Assembly: GCA_963783385.1 (NCBI GenBank)
Contig: CAWANJ010000006.1
Span: 320,001-384,000, forward strand
Length of the DNA: 64,000 nucleotides
Origin: an uncultured Gemmatimonadales bacterium
GTDB taxonomy: Bacteria > Gemmatimonadota > Gemmatimonadetes > Palauibacterales > Palauibacteraceae
Direction of reading: 5' to 3'
Numbering within the stretch: the stretch's first letter is position 1; every line of letters starts with the position of its first letter. The notes beneath the pieces were generated by a model. That model searched no databases. It was given only the letters and a program-made list of their open reading frames with translations, and was not told where the DNA came from. Positions 54,848 through 63,821 of the stretch are shown piece by piece. The translations under genes and the position numbers were made by a program.

Positions 54848-55480
54848 ATGACCAACCGCGACCGGCTCGTGCTGGCTGCGGGAGAGCTCTTCTGCCGTAA
54901 CGGTTACGCCGCCACCTCGGTGGAGGACATCCTGGAACACACGGGCGTCGCCCGCAGCAACTTCTACTACTACTTCGATGGCAAGCTGGACCTCGCCCGC
55001 GAGGTGTTCCGGCGCTGGGTCGGGGACTTCGAGGACCATCTGCGCGGAGCGACGGCGGCCCAGGGCGACGCCGCCGGGACGCTTCGAGCCATTTTCCACG
55101 AGGTGCGCGCGAGCTGTCCCGGCGAGAGGACGGATGCGCGCCACGGCCAGCCCTGCCCCATGGGCCCGCTGGTCCTGGAGCTCGCCCCGCACGACGAAGA
55201 GATCCGCTCCGTGGCCACCGAGTTCCTCGATACGCTGCGGAGCGCGCTGAGGGAGACGATCGCCGCGGGAGCCGGGCGAGGCGAGTTCGACCCCAGGCTC
55301 GACCCGGGGCCGGCGGCTGCGGTGGCCCTCGCCACCCTCCAGGGGGCGCTGCTCCTGTGTCACACACTCGGCCATACCCAGCCGCTCCGGAGCGCCGAGT
55401 CGGCCCTCCTGGAGCTCCTGGTGCCCCGGGAGTCCGGTCCCCGGTCCGACCCGCTCCCGGGGGACGCCTCCAGCTTGTGA
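54848..55480 (+). CDS. TetR/AcrR family transcriptional regulator
   Basis: RDRLVLAAGELF..GYAATSVEDI..GVARSNFYYYFDGK; C-terminal CPMG motif. Confidence 0.93.
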   Translation: MTNRDRLVLAAGELFCRNGYAATSVEDILEHTGVARSNFYYYFDGKLDLAREVFRRWVGDFEDHLRGATAAQGDAAGTLRAIFHEVRASCPGERTDARHGQPCPMGPLVLELAPHDEEIRSVATEFLDTLRSALRETIAAGAGRGEFDPRLDPGPAAAVALATLQGALLLCHTLGHTQPLRSAESALLELLVPRESGPRSDPLPGDASSL

Positions 55481-55503
55481 GCGGGCGCCTGCCCTTCTAC
55501 GTT
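55475..55503 (+). promoter_or_regulatory. Putative sigma-70 promoter for the intergenic element
   Basis: TTGTGA (55475-55480), 17 bp, TACGTT (55498-55503). Confidence 0.45.
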
Positions 55504-55596
55504 CGGTGACGTTCACGCGCCGCGTCGGGGTGTCGGCGGGGCGCGCCGGACACCGGAGTCGTGCCCGATCCGTCCCTTTCGAAAGGAGGTGATCCA

Positions 55597-55665
55597 GTGT
55601 CTGCAGGGAGTAGATTCGAGCCTGGCTCGGCAAGGGCAAGCGATCGCCTCGGGGTCGCTCGCTAG
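55597..55665 (+). CDS. Putative 22-aa small protein MSAGSRFEPGSARASDRLGVAR
   Basis: GTG 7 nt after GGAGG within an extended SD; TAG at 55663-55665. Confidence 0.4.
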   Translation: MSAGSRFEPGSARASDRLGVAR

Positions 55666-55768
55666 GAAGGGTCACCTTCCGCGCGAGCGTACGAGAACGC
55701 TCGCTCGCTTCGGCTAGTCGTCGCGGCCAGCAGAGGCATCGCGTCGAGTCAGGCCGGAGAGTACCCCT

Positions 55769-55809
55769 ACGGCCGCAGTGTCCCACCGGACGCTGCGGCC
55801 GTTCTGCGT
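55769..55809 (+). terminator. Terminator-like hairpin
   Basis: ACGGCCGCAGTGTCC-CACC-GGACGCTGCGGCCGT (15 bp, one G-U), followed by a weak U-tract TCTGCGT. Confidence 0.45.
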
Positions 55810-55962
55810 CCAGTTACCAGGGGGCGTAGACCGGAGGGGGGCGGGGGCGCGCCGCACGCGCGCGGCGCGGCCGGGGGGACACGCCCGGGCACGGGCGCTC
55901 CACGGGCGCGCCCCCTCCGCTCCGCTGTCTCCAGCTTCGGCCGCGGCCTCACCGGTGGCTCA

Positions 55963-57276
55963 TCAGCCGACCCGCCGGCGCTTCCCCCGCATGTAGTCCA
56001 TGAGGATGTACTGGCCCAGGCTCATCGCGTTGGCGAAGTAGGCCTTGCCCCGGGCGATCCGCGCCACTTCGCGAACGAAGGCCACCAGCGACGGATCGCG
56101 CGCCAGCATGAAGGTGTTGATCGGAACCGCCGAGCGGCGGCAGGCGCTCACCTCGGCGAACGTCTCGCGGAGAACGCGGCGGTCCAGCCCCATCGAGTTC
56201 GTGTACACGCGGCCGTCCGGCAGCGTCATCGCGCTCGGCTTTCCATCCGTGATCATGACGATCTGCTTCATCTGCTGACGCTGACCCCGCAGGATGCGGC
56301 GCGCCAGGCGCAGGCCCTCGGCCGTGTTGGTGTGGTAGGGACCCACCTGAGCGGTGGCCAGCCGCGCCAGCGGGATCTCTTCGGCCGAATCGTGGAAGAG
56401 GACGCAGCGCAGCGCGTCGCCGGGGAAACGGGTGCTGATCAGGTGGGACAGGGCCAGCGCCACCTTCTTGGCCGGCGTGAACCGGTCCTCCCCGTACAGG
56501 ATCATCGAGTGGCTGCAGTCCAGGAGGAGCACGGTGGCGCAGGTGGAGCGCTGCGGGGCCCGGTGCACCCTCAGGTCGTCGTAGGTCAGGGGCAGGGGGA
56601 ACTGCGTTCCCGACCGGGCCATGACGTTCCGGAGGGTGGCCGGGACGTCCAGGTTCATCGTGTCCCCGAACTCCCACGGCTTCGAGCTGGCCTCGGCCTC
56701 CACGCCCGTGGCCAGCATCCTCGTCTCGTGGACGCCGGCCGCCCCGTCGCCCCTGCCGCCGAGCAGGTCCCGCAGCGACCGGTAGCCGAGGAAGTCGAGC
56801 CCCTTCTCGGTGAGCTCGAAGGTGACCGAGCGCGCCGCCTCACGCTCGGGCTCGCGCTCCCGACCCTCCTCCGCCGTATCCACGGGTCCCGGTCCGGGCC
56901 CGGACGCCTCGCCGGGCCGCGCCTGACCCACCTGGAGGTAGCCCTCCTCGGAGAGTCGCTGCACGACATCATCCAGGAGCTCCGCGATGCGGCGGACGAC
57001 GTCCGGATCGGCGTCTCGTCCGTCGCGCAGGGCCCGCACCATCTCGGGGGTGAGCTCGCCCTGGTCGAGAAGCGCCTGGAGGATGGCCTGCTTGAGGCGC
57101 TCCAGGTCCCGGCTGCCGGGCTCGCCCGGCTCGCCGGGGCCCGTGGGTCCCCACCAGGGTGCGCCGCCCGCGAAGCCACTGTCCAGGAGGAAGTCGGACA
57201 GGCGATCCAGGAGCTCCTGGAGGTTCAGGGCGTCGACCAGGTCGCCCCGATAGCGCTCGTACGTCGTGGTGCGCAT
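55963..57276 (-). CDS. VWA domain-containing protein
   Basis: ATVLLLDCSHSM (MIDAS), YHTNT, MITDGKPS, INTFML. Confidence 0.9.
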   Translation of the reverse strand: MRTTTYERYRGDLVDALNLQELLDRLSDFLLDSGFAGGAPWWGPTGPGEPGEPGSRDLERLKQAILQALLDQGELTPEMVRALRDGRDADPDVVRRIAELLDDVVQRLSEEGYLQVGQARPGEASGPGPGPVDTAEEGREREPEREAARSVTFELTEKGLDFLGYRSLRDLLGGRGDGAAGVHETRMLATGVEAEASSKPWEFGDTMNLDVPATLRNVMARSGTQFPLPLTYDDLRVHRAPQRSTCATVLLLDCSHSMILYGEDRFTPAKKVALALSHLISTRFPGDALRCVLFHDSAEEIPLARLATAQVGPYHTNTAEGLRLARRILRGQRQQMKQIVMITDGKPSAMTLPDGRVYTNSMGLDRRVLRETFAEVSACRRSAVPINTFMLARDPSLVAFVREVARIARGKAYFANAMSLGQYILMDYMRGKRRRVG

Positions 57277-57370
57277 GGGATCGCCTCCGGTTATGCTGGG
57301 CTCGGGCGAGGGGCCCGCCGCGCGGACTCCTCACATCAAGCTACCCGACCCCCGGCCTCGGTTCCATCGC

Positions 57371-58228
57371 ATGCGCCAAGCCATCCGTCCGGGACTCGTG
57401 TTCGCCAAGTACAGCGGGGCCGGCAACGATTTCGTCATCGTCGAGGCCTCCGAGCTCGGTGACCGTGACCCCTCCGAGCTCGCCGTCCGGCTGTGCGGGC
57501 GGACCACCGGAGTCGGGGTCGATGGCCTGGTCCTCGTCCGGCTCGAGGGCGACGGCCGGCTCGGAGTCCGCTTCTTCAACCCGGACGGCTCGGAGTTCGG
57601 AACCTGCGGCAACGGTACGCGATCGGTGGCCCTGTGGGCCGCCGATCGAGACCTCGGCCTCGAGGGTCGGCTGGCGATCGAGACGAGCGAGGGAGCCGTC
57701 GCGGCCGCCGTGCGCGGGGATCGGGTGGAGCTGGACTACGAGATCGACGCCCGCATCGAGCGCCGCCTGGAGCTGCCCTACGCCGGGGAGTCCCGGTCGG
57801 CCTGGCTGGTGCAGATCGGCACGCCGCACCTGGTGGTTCCGCTCGAGGCCGTGCCGGAAGGCCCGATCGAGGAGCTCGTCCGCCCCCTCCGGCATCACCC
57901 GGAGCTCGGGCCGGCAGGCGCCAACGTCAACCTGGTCGCTCCCGCGGACGAGGGGCGCGCGACCATCCGGACCTTCGAGCGGGGGATCGAGGCGGAGACG
58001 CTCGCGTGCGGAGCGGGCTCGATGGCCTCGGCGATCGTGCTCCAGGCCACCGGAGCCTGCCGTGCGCGCCTGCTGCTGCACACCCGCAGCGGGGACGACC
58101 TCGAGGTGACCCTGTCGCCGGAGGAGTCGGGCCGGCCGCGCGCCATCCGCCTCGCCGGTCCGGCCCGGCGCATCTTCGAGGGCCGGCTGTACGAGTCGGG
58201 CCCGGCGGAGGACGCGGAGGGCGGATGA
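57371..58228 (+). CDS. dapF: Diaminopimelate epimerase
   Basis: KYSGAGNDF, GVGVDGL, FNPDGS..TCGNG, GTPH, NVN, RTFERG.E.ETLACGAG. Confidence 0.93.
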   Translation: MRQAIRPGLVFAKYSGAGNDFVIVEASELGDRDPSELAVRLCGRTTGVGVDGLVLVRLEGDGRLGVRFFNPDGSEFGTCGNGTRSVALWAADRDLGLEGRLAIETSEGAVAAAVRGDRVELDYEIDARIERRLELPYAGESRSAWLVQIGTPHLVVPLEAVPEGPIEELVRPLRHHPELGPAGANVNLVAPADEGRATIRTFERGIEAETLACGAGSMASAIVLQATGACRARLLLHTRSGDDLEVTLSPEESGRPRAIRLAGPARRIFEGRLYESGPAEDAEGG

Positions 58229-59355
58229 GCGGCGCGGCTCCCCGGCGGCCGGCCCGGCGGGATCCGGATCCGCCCGACGCGGCCGGGCTGGCCGGCGCGC
58301 TCCTCCGGTGGTTCGACGGCCGCTCGCGGGACGTGCCCTGGCGCGGGGAGTCCGATCCTTACCGGATCTGGGTGGCCGAGGTCATGGCCCAGCAGACCCG
58401 CATCGACACCGTCCGCGACTACTATGGCCCCTTCCTGGAGCGCTTCCCGGACGTCGACAGCCTGGCCGCGGCCGAGCTGGATGACGTCCTCAAGGCCTGG
58501 GAGGGGCTGGGCTACTACGCCCGGGCACGCCGGCTCCGCGCGGCGGCGCGGGAGGTCGTGTCCGAGTACGGTAGCCGACTTCCCGAGGAGCCCGAGCGCC
58601 TGCGCTCCCTGCCCGGGATCGGCGCCTACACGGCCGGCGCGATCGCCAGCCTGGCCTTCGGCCTTCCCGAGCCGGCCGTGGACGGCAACGTGCGGCGCGT
58701 CCTGTCGCGGCTGTTCGACCTCGCGGCCCCGACTCCGGCGGCGCTCGAGGACCGGGCCCGGGCGATTCTCGACGCCCGGGCCGACCGGGCCGGGGATCTC
58801 AACCAGGCCCTCATGGACCTGGGGAGCTCGGTGTGCACGCCGACGTCCCCCGCCTGCGAGAGCTGCCCGGCTGCCGGGATGTGCGCGGCCCTGGCCCGGG
58901 GCACCGTGTCCGAGCGGCCTCCCGTCCGCAGCCGCGGTCCCCTCCCGCACCGGATCGTCGCCACGGCGGTGGTGTGGAGGGACGGTCGCGTGCTGATCAC
59001 GCGGCGGCCGGCCGAGGGGCTGCTGGGCGGGTTGTGGGAGTTTCCCGGCGGCAAGGTCGAGGCGGAGGAGACCCCGCCCGAGGCCGCCCGCCGGGAGCTC
59101 GCCGAGGAGCTCGGCGTCGAGATCGAGGTCGGCGAGCCGCTGGGGACGGTCGAGCACGCCTACAGCCACTTCCGGATCACCCTGCACGCGTACCACGCCC
59201 GCCTCCTGGCGGGTGAGCCCCGGCCGGCGGCCGCCGACGCGCTGGCCTGGGTCCGGCCGCGAGAGCTGGCCGCCTACGCGTTCCCCGCCGCCAACCTCCG
59301 GCTCATCGAGCGCCTCCGCGACGGCGCATGTACGCTCCCGTCATCGTCCGGCTGA
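58225..59355 (+). CDS. mutY: A/G-specific adenine glycosylase with C-terminal NUDIX-like domain
   Basis: PYRIWVAEVMAQQT, WEGLGYYARA, LPGIGAYTA, VDGNV, C-x6-C-x2-C-x5-C, GLWEFPGGK. Confidence 0.96.
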   Translation: MSGAAPRRPARRDPDPPDAAGLAGALLRWFDGRSRDVPWRGESDPYRIWVAEVMAQQTRIDTVRDYYGPFLERFPDVDSLAAAELDDVLKAWEGLGYYARARRLRAAAREVVSEYGSRLPEEPERLRSLPGIGAYTAGAIASLAFGLPEPAVDGNVRRVLSRLFDLAAPTPAALEDRARAILDARADRAGDLNQALMDLGSSVCTPTSPACESCPAAGMCAALARGTVSERPPVRSRGPLPHRIVATAVVWRDGRVLITRRPAEGLLGGLWEFPGGKVEAEETPPEAARRELAEELGVEIEVGEPLGTVEHAYSHFRITLHAYHARLLAGEPRPAAADALAWVRPRELAAYAFPAANLRLIERLRDGACTLPSSSG

Positions 59356-60715
59356 TCCTCCGCTTGGCGCAGAGCGCCTCGAGCACCAGCTCGCACGTCG
59401 CCACGCGGTCGCCGTCCGCGGCACCTTTCCCGCCCTCGATCGAGCGCACGAGGGGCACGAGCCCGGGCACGCTCCCGAAGCCCTGGAGCAGGACGTCCTC
59501 GTGCGCCGAGTCCGAGATCCGGAGCACGCCCCCCTCCTCGAAGTACTCGATGATCGGGAGGGCATCCTCCTCCTCGAAGCGCACGTCGAACGCGTCCGAG
59601 CAGGCCCGGCCGACGAGGTCCTGGGCGACCTTGACGGCCCCCTGCAGCTCTCCCTCGTACTCGAGCTCCAGCTTGCCCGTGATGGCCGGCAGGGCGGCGA
59701 ACACGTCGGCGATCCGCACGGAGGCGCGCTCGGCCCCTCCTGCCAGGGCCCGGCGCTCGGCGTTGGACACCGCGTCCTCCATGACCGTGATCGGCATGCG
59801 CTGGCTGACGCCGGAGCGCTGATCGATCCTCCGCCCGTCCTCCCGCGCCTGGAAGGCGATCCGCTCCACGAGCTCGCGCACCAGCCCCGGAATCTCAATG
59901 GGCAGCCCGCGGTCGGCCCACGCCTCCTGGCGCGTGATCGCCTCCGCCTCCTCGAGGCTGCGCGGATAGTGCGTCAGGATCTCCGAGCCGATCCGGTCCT
60001 TGAGCGGCGTGATGATCTTGCCGCGGGCCGTGTAGTCCTCGGGGTTGGCGCTGAACACCAGGAGCACATCCAGCGGCAGCCGCACCGGGAACCCCTTGAT
60101 CTGGACGTCCCCCTCCTCCATGACGTTGAACAGCGCCACCTGGATCTTGCCCGACAGATCGGGGAGCTCGTTGACGGCGAAGATGCCGCGGTTGGCCCGC
60201 GGCAGCAGGCCGAAGTGCATGGAGAGCTCGTCCGACAGGAGGTGTCCTCCCCGGGCCGCCTTGATCGGATCGAGGTCCCCGATGAGGTCGGCGACCGTCA
60301 CGTCGGGCGTGGCCAGCTTCTCCACGTAGCGACCCGCCCGCCCGATCCACTCGACCGGGGTTTCCTCCCCGTGCTCCTCGACCAGCTCCCGGCCGTACTT
60401 GCTGAGCGGCGCCAGGGGGTCGTCGTTGACCTCGGAGCCGGCCAGCACGGGTACGGCCTCGTCCAGGAGCGAAGTGAGGGAGCGGAGGATCCGGCTCTTG
60501 GCCTGGCCCCGGAGGCCGAGGAGAATGAAGTCGTGGCGGGCGAGCAGCGCGTTGACGATCTGGGGGATGACGCTGTCCTCGTAGCCCACGATTCCCGGGA
60601 ACAGCTCCTCGCCCTCCCGCAGTCGGGCGCGCAGGTTCCCCCGGATCTCGTCCTTGACCGAGCGGCTCCGCCATCCAGACGCCCGGAGCTCCCCCAGCGT
60701 GCCGGGCCGGCTCAC
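59303..60715 (-). CDS. AAA+ ATPase, magnesium-chelatase/MoxR-like
   Basis: GLRGQAKS Walker A, EKLATPDV, ANRGIFAVNELPDL, SANPEDYTARGKIITPLKDRIG. Confidence 0.9.
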   Translation of the reverse strand: MSRPGTLGELRASGWRSRSVKDEIRGNLRARLREGEELFPGIVGYEDSVIPQIVNALLARHDFILLGLRGQAKSRILRSLTSLLDEAVPVLAGSEVNDDPLAPLSKYGRELVEEHGEETPVEWIGRAGRYVEKLATPDVTVADLIGDLDPIKAARGGHLLSDELSMHFGLLPRANRGIFAVNELPDLSGKIQVALFNVMEEGDVQIKGFPVRLPLDVLLVFSANPEDYTARGKIITPLKDRIGSEILTHYPRSLEEAEAITRQEAWADRGLPIEIPGLVRELVERIAFQAREDGRRIDQRSGVSQRMPITVMEDAVSNAERRALAGGAERASVRIADVFAALPAITGKLELEYEGELQGAVKVAQDLVGRACSDAFDVRFEEEDALPIIEYFEEGGVLRISDSAHEDVLLQGFGSVPGLVPLVRSIEGGKGAADGDRVATCELVLEALCAKRRISRTMTGAYMRRRGGAR

Positions 60716-61569
60716 GCGCCCAGCCCCGCGCCCGCCTCCACCTCCCCGTGGCCCAGCTCGGCGACGTCCCGGCCGTCGAGGTGGGGCAGGCGCTCGCCGC
60801 ACTCCTCCAGGTGCTTGAGGTGCGCCCGGATGGACGCCTCGGCGGCCCACTCGAGGCTGGTGGGCAGATCCGCGTACACCCGCTCGCGAATGTCCGAGAC
60901 GGAGGCGGCCCCGTCGCGAACGGCCGTCTCGATCTGCCGCTCGCGCTCCAGGCGGTGCCGGTGGTACTCGCCCAGGCGCCCGACCGGATCCGTCACCGGC
61001 TCGCCGTGGCCGGGCAAAATGCGCGCGGGGTGGAGCTCGGCCAGCCGCTCCAGGCTGGCCAGGTAGCTGCCCATGTGGCCGTCCGGGTCCCCGACCATCG
61101 CCGTGCCACTCCCGAGCACCAGGTCCCCCGTGAACAGGTCGCCCGAGGGCACGTGCAGGTAAGAGAGATGATCGCTCGAGTGGCCCGGCGTGGTGAGCAC
61201 CCGGAGCAGGCTCCCGCCGTGGTCCAGGGGCAGCTTCTCCCCGTCCACCAGGATCCGGCCGTCCACGCCCAGCGCCCGGAGGGTGCCCGCCGAAGCGGCC
61301 ACGGGCGCGTCGAGCCAGCCCGCCGCGAGCGTGGCGCCTCCGGCGTGGTCGGCGTGCGCGTGCGTGAGGCATACGAGCTCGACCCGGGCGCCGTCCACCA
61401 GGGTCTCGACCCGCTCGCGCAGATCCTCGTCGGCCGGACCGGGGTCGAGCAGGACGGCGCGCTCGCTCCCGATCAGGTAGCTCCGCGTGCCGTCCAGCGT
61501 CATGGGTCCCGGGTTGTCCGCGACGGCGCAGCGGACCTCCTCCCCCAGGTCGATCAGCCTCCAGCTCAC
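60712..61569 (-). CDS. MBL-fold metallo-hydrolase with C-terminal wHTH (LACTB2-like)
   Basis: ADNPGPMTLDGT, LTHAHADH, TPGHSSDH, FTGD, LPGHG, AHLKHL. Confidence 0.92.
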   Translation of the reverse strand: MSWRLIDLGEEVRCAVADNPGPMTLDGTRSYLIGSERAVLLDPGPADEDLRERVETLVDGARVELVCLTHAHADHAGGATLAAGWLDAPVAASAGTLRALGVDGRILVDGEKLPLDHGGSLLRVLTTPGHSSDHLSYLHVPSGDLFTGDLVLGSGTAMVGDPDGHMGSYLASLERLAELHPARILPGHGEPVTDPVGRLGEYHRHRLERERQIETAVRDGAASVSDIRERVYADLPTSLEWAAEASIRAHLKHLEECGERLPHLDGRDVAELGHGEVEAGAGLGA

Positions 61570-62378
61570 CGCGCCTCCTCGTAACCCGGCTCGCCGGGAA
61601 GGACGGGAATCACCGAGTCGCCCTCGACCCTCAGTCGGGGACGGTGCGCCCGGACCTCGCGGGCCGCGGCCCAGGCGAACAGCTCGTCCAGATCGTCGAA
61701 GCGGGCCAGCTCCTTCATCGTGCGCCGGGTGGGCAACAGCATGGGCAGGTCGCCGGCCCGGAATCGCTCCAGGGCCTCGTTCGGACCGATCCAGACGGAG
61801 TCGACGAGCTCGTCGCCCACGAGCCGTACGTCTCCCCCGCGGTGCTCGGCCACGAAAAAGCGCGCGTCGTAGCGGCGGTCCAGCCGTTCGGGAGTGACCC
61901 AACGAGACAGGTACGCCGCGCGGAGCCCCCGGAAAGCGAGATCCCAGCGCAGCAACACCTCCCCGAAATCCGTCCGGCCCTCGAGCAGCGCCGCCCTCCC
62001 CCGAGCCAGCTCGACCGCCCCCGGGAGGCGATCGGCCGGAAGGAGGCCCGTCTCCTCGAACAGCTCTCGAAGCGCGGCCGCCAGGGCCGGGCCCTCCGCC
62101 CTCGTGACCGCTGGCCCGAGCCGCTCCTCCAGCTCCACACCGGCATCCTCGGGGTCCACCACCCCGCCAGGGAACACGTAGGCACCGGCCGCGAACCGGG
62201 AGGTGCTCGGCCGTTCGAGGAGCAGGACTTCCATGGGAGCCCCGCCGGCGGATCCGGGTCGCAAGAGCGCGAGGGTGGAGGCCGCACGCGCCGGCACGGG
62301 CTCCTCGCCCGGAGGCAGGTGCCCCCGCGCGAACTCCTCCCGCTCGACGCGCTCGCTCTCCGTGAGTGGCCTCTTCAT
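61566..62378 (-). CDS. NUDIX hydrolase (NUDT19-like)
   Basis: YVFPGGVVD, AALRELFEETG, WVTP..RRYDARFF, LPT. Confidence 0.9.
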   Translation of the reverse strand: MKRPLTESERVEREEFARGHLPPGEEPVPARAASTLALLRPGSAGGAPMEVLLLERPSTSRFAAGAYVFPGGVVDPEDAGVELEERLGPAVTRAEGPALAAALRELFEETGLLPADRLPGAVELARGRAALLEGRTDFGEVLLRWDLAFRGLRAAYLSRWVTPERLDRRYDARFFVAEHRGGDVRLVGDELVDSVWIGPNEALERFRAGDLPMLLPTRRTMKELARFDDLDELFAWAAAREVRAHRPRLRVEGDSVIPVLPGEPGYEEAR

Positions 62379-62447
62379 CTCCCTCGGCGCGGGAACCCGG
62401 TGCTCTCTCGCTCGTCTCCCGTGTTCAGCGTACGCCGGCGGGCGCGC

Positions 62448-63263
62448 CTAGATCCGTTTCAGGACGCCGGGCGTGCCCGAGTAGGCGCTGGCGAACAGGG
62501 CGACCAGGATGGCGAAGGCGATGGTGAGGAGCAGCAGGACGACGACGGGGCCCAGGCACACCATGATGGCGCGCCCCGTGGTCGTGCGATGCGCCTCCCG
62601 CAGCCCGAGGACCTCGAGCACCGGGATCCACACGAAGTACGCGGCCAGCGGGCCCAGCACGGGAACAATGGTGAGCAGCGCCGGGCCCCAGCTGTAGCAG
62701 ACCACGCGCGCGGTCTGTCCGATTCCGCGCCGCGTCGGCACCAGCATGAGCACGAACAGGTGCAGGACCACGGTGCCGAGGCCGAGCACGAACAGGGCGG
62801 TGAACGGGCTCACGAAGAAGTTGAACGCCAGGCCGGCCGCGCCCCAACGCCCCCCGATCCAATCCTCACCGCCCCCGAACGCCTCGATCATGTGTCGGGT
62901 CCAGGGCGCGAACACCAGCCCCTGCCACAGCGAGCTGAACAGGGCCGCCACGACGAACACGATGAGGAAGTAGAGCAGTGGGCGTCCGAAGGAGCCCTCC
63001 CAGGACACGGACCGGAAGAAGCGGGAGGGCTCGAACAGGCTGGTGCGCCAGGCCTCGAACAGGGAGGAGAAGAAGTCCCGGTCGGGGTCCTCCCAGGCCA
63101 GACGCTCCGCCTCGCGCACCGGCACGGTCGGCGCGACGCCGGCCGACGGGCCGCGGGTCCCCTCGGGGGACTCTCCGCCCCGGGTGCCGAGCTCGCTTCC
63201 GCACAGGGGGCACGTGACGGCTCCCGAGTCGACCGAGAAGCCACAGTGGGGGCAGCTAGGCAT
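62448..63263 (-). CDS. YIP1-family membrane protein with N-terminal zinc ribbon
   Basis: CPHCG..CPLCG; WE..LFEPSRFF; about five TM segments. Confidence 0.82.
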   Translation of the reverse strand: MPSCPHCGFSVDSGAVTCPLCGSELGTRGGESPEGTRGPSAGVAPTVPVREAERLAWEDPDRDFFSSLFEAWRTSLFEPSRFFRSVSWEGSFGRPLLYFLIVFVVAALFSSLWQGLVFAPWTRHMIEAFGGGEDWIGGRWGAAGLAFNFFVSPFTALFVLGLGTVVLHLFVLMLVPTRRGIGQTARVVCYSWGPALLTIVPVLGPLAAYFVWIPVLEVLGLREAHRTTTGRAIMVCLGPVVVLLLLTIAFAILVALFASAYSGTPGVLKRI

Positions 63264-63323
63264 GACGGACCTCACTCCCGGCCGGACGGGGAAGAGGGTG
63301 GGTGCGCCGCGGAACGACCGGCG

Positions 63324-63734
63324 TCAGTCCAGCTGCAGCCACCCCTCGATCATCGCCGCGAACGCGGCGAGATCGATCGGCTTGAGGATGCAATCGTCGC
63401 AGCGGGCGGCCGCGCTGGCCTGCCGGGCTCCTTCCATGGCGCTCAGGGCCACGATTCGGATGGAGGACAGGTCCGCATCGTCCAGCGCACGAATTCGACG
63501 GGCGGCCTCGAGCCCGTCCACGCCCGGCATCATCACGTCCATGAGCACGAGATCGGGCCGCTCGCGGAGCGTCAGCTGAACGGCGCTCTCCCCGTCGGCC
63601 GCCTCGAACACCTCGTATCCGTGCGCCTCCAGGTAGGTGCGCAGGGCGATCCGGCAGTCCTCGTTGTCGTCGGCCACGAGGATGCGGCCCGGGCGCGCCT
63701 GAGGTTCCTGCCGTGGATTGGGCGACGAATTCAT
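63324..63734 (-). CDS. Single-domain response regulator (CheY/DivK-like)
   Basis: ILVADDN, PDLVLMDVMMPGVDG, ALSA, ILKP. Confidence 0.93.
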   Translation of the reverse strand: MNSSPNPRQEPQARPGRILVADDNEDCRIALRTYLEAHGYEVFEAADGESAVQLTLRERPDLVLMDVMMPGVDGLEAARRIRALDDADLSSIRIVALSAMEGARQASAAARCDDCILKPIDLAAFAAMIEGWLQLD

Positions 63735-63821
63735 CGTCCCGATGTCGCTCGAGGTGGACGCAGAAGGATCCGTATCTCGACTCGACGAGCAACATCTGCG
63801 CCATGCGGGCGCGGTGTGCGC

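Larger units (their letters stand above)
55510..55810 (+). ncRNA. Candidate structured RNA / small-ORF mRNA with extended 16S-complementary site
   Basis: Consecutive hairpins; GAAAGGAGGTGATCCAG at 55581-55597; upstream promoter-like hexamers; terminal 15-bp stem. Confidence 0.5.

Noticed and set aside
55581-55597. 16S rRNA gene fragment on the minus strand
   Set aside because: The match stops after 17 nt; the flanks do not continue as helix 45 (CCGCA..) or any other rRNA sequence.
55480-55960. tmRNA, RNase P RNA, SRP RNA or tRNA in this gap
   Set aside because: No tRNA-like ends or CCA, no GAGGAAAGUCC, and no SRP GGAA-loop motif seen on either strand.
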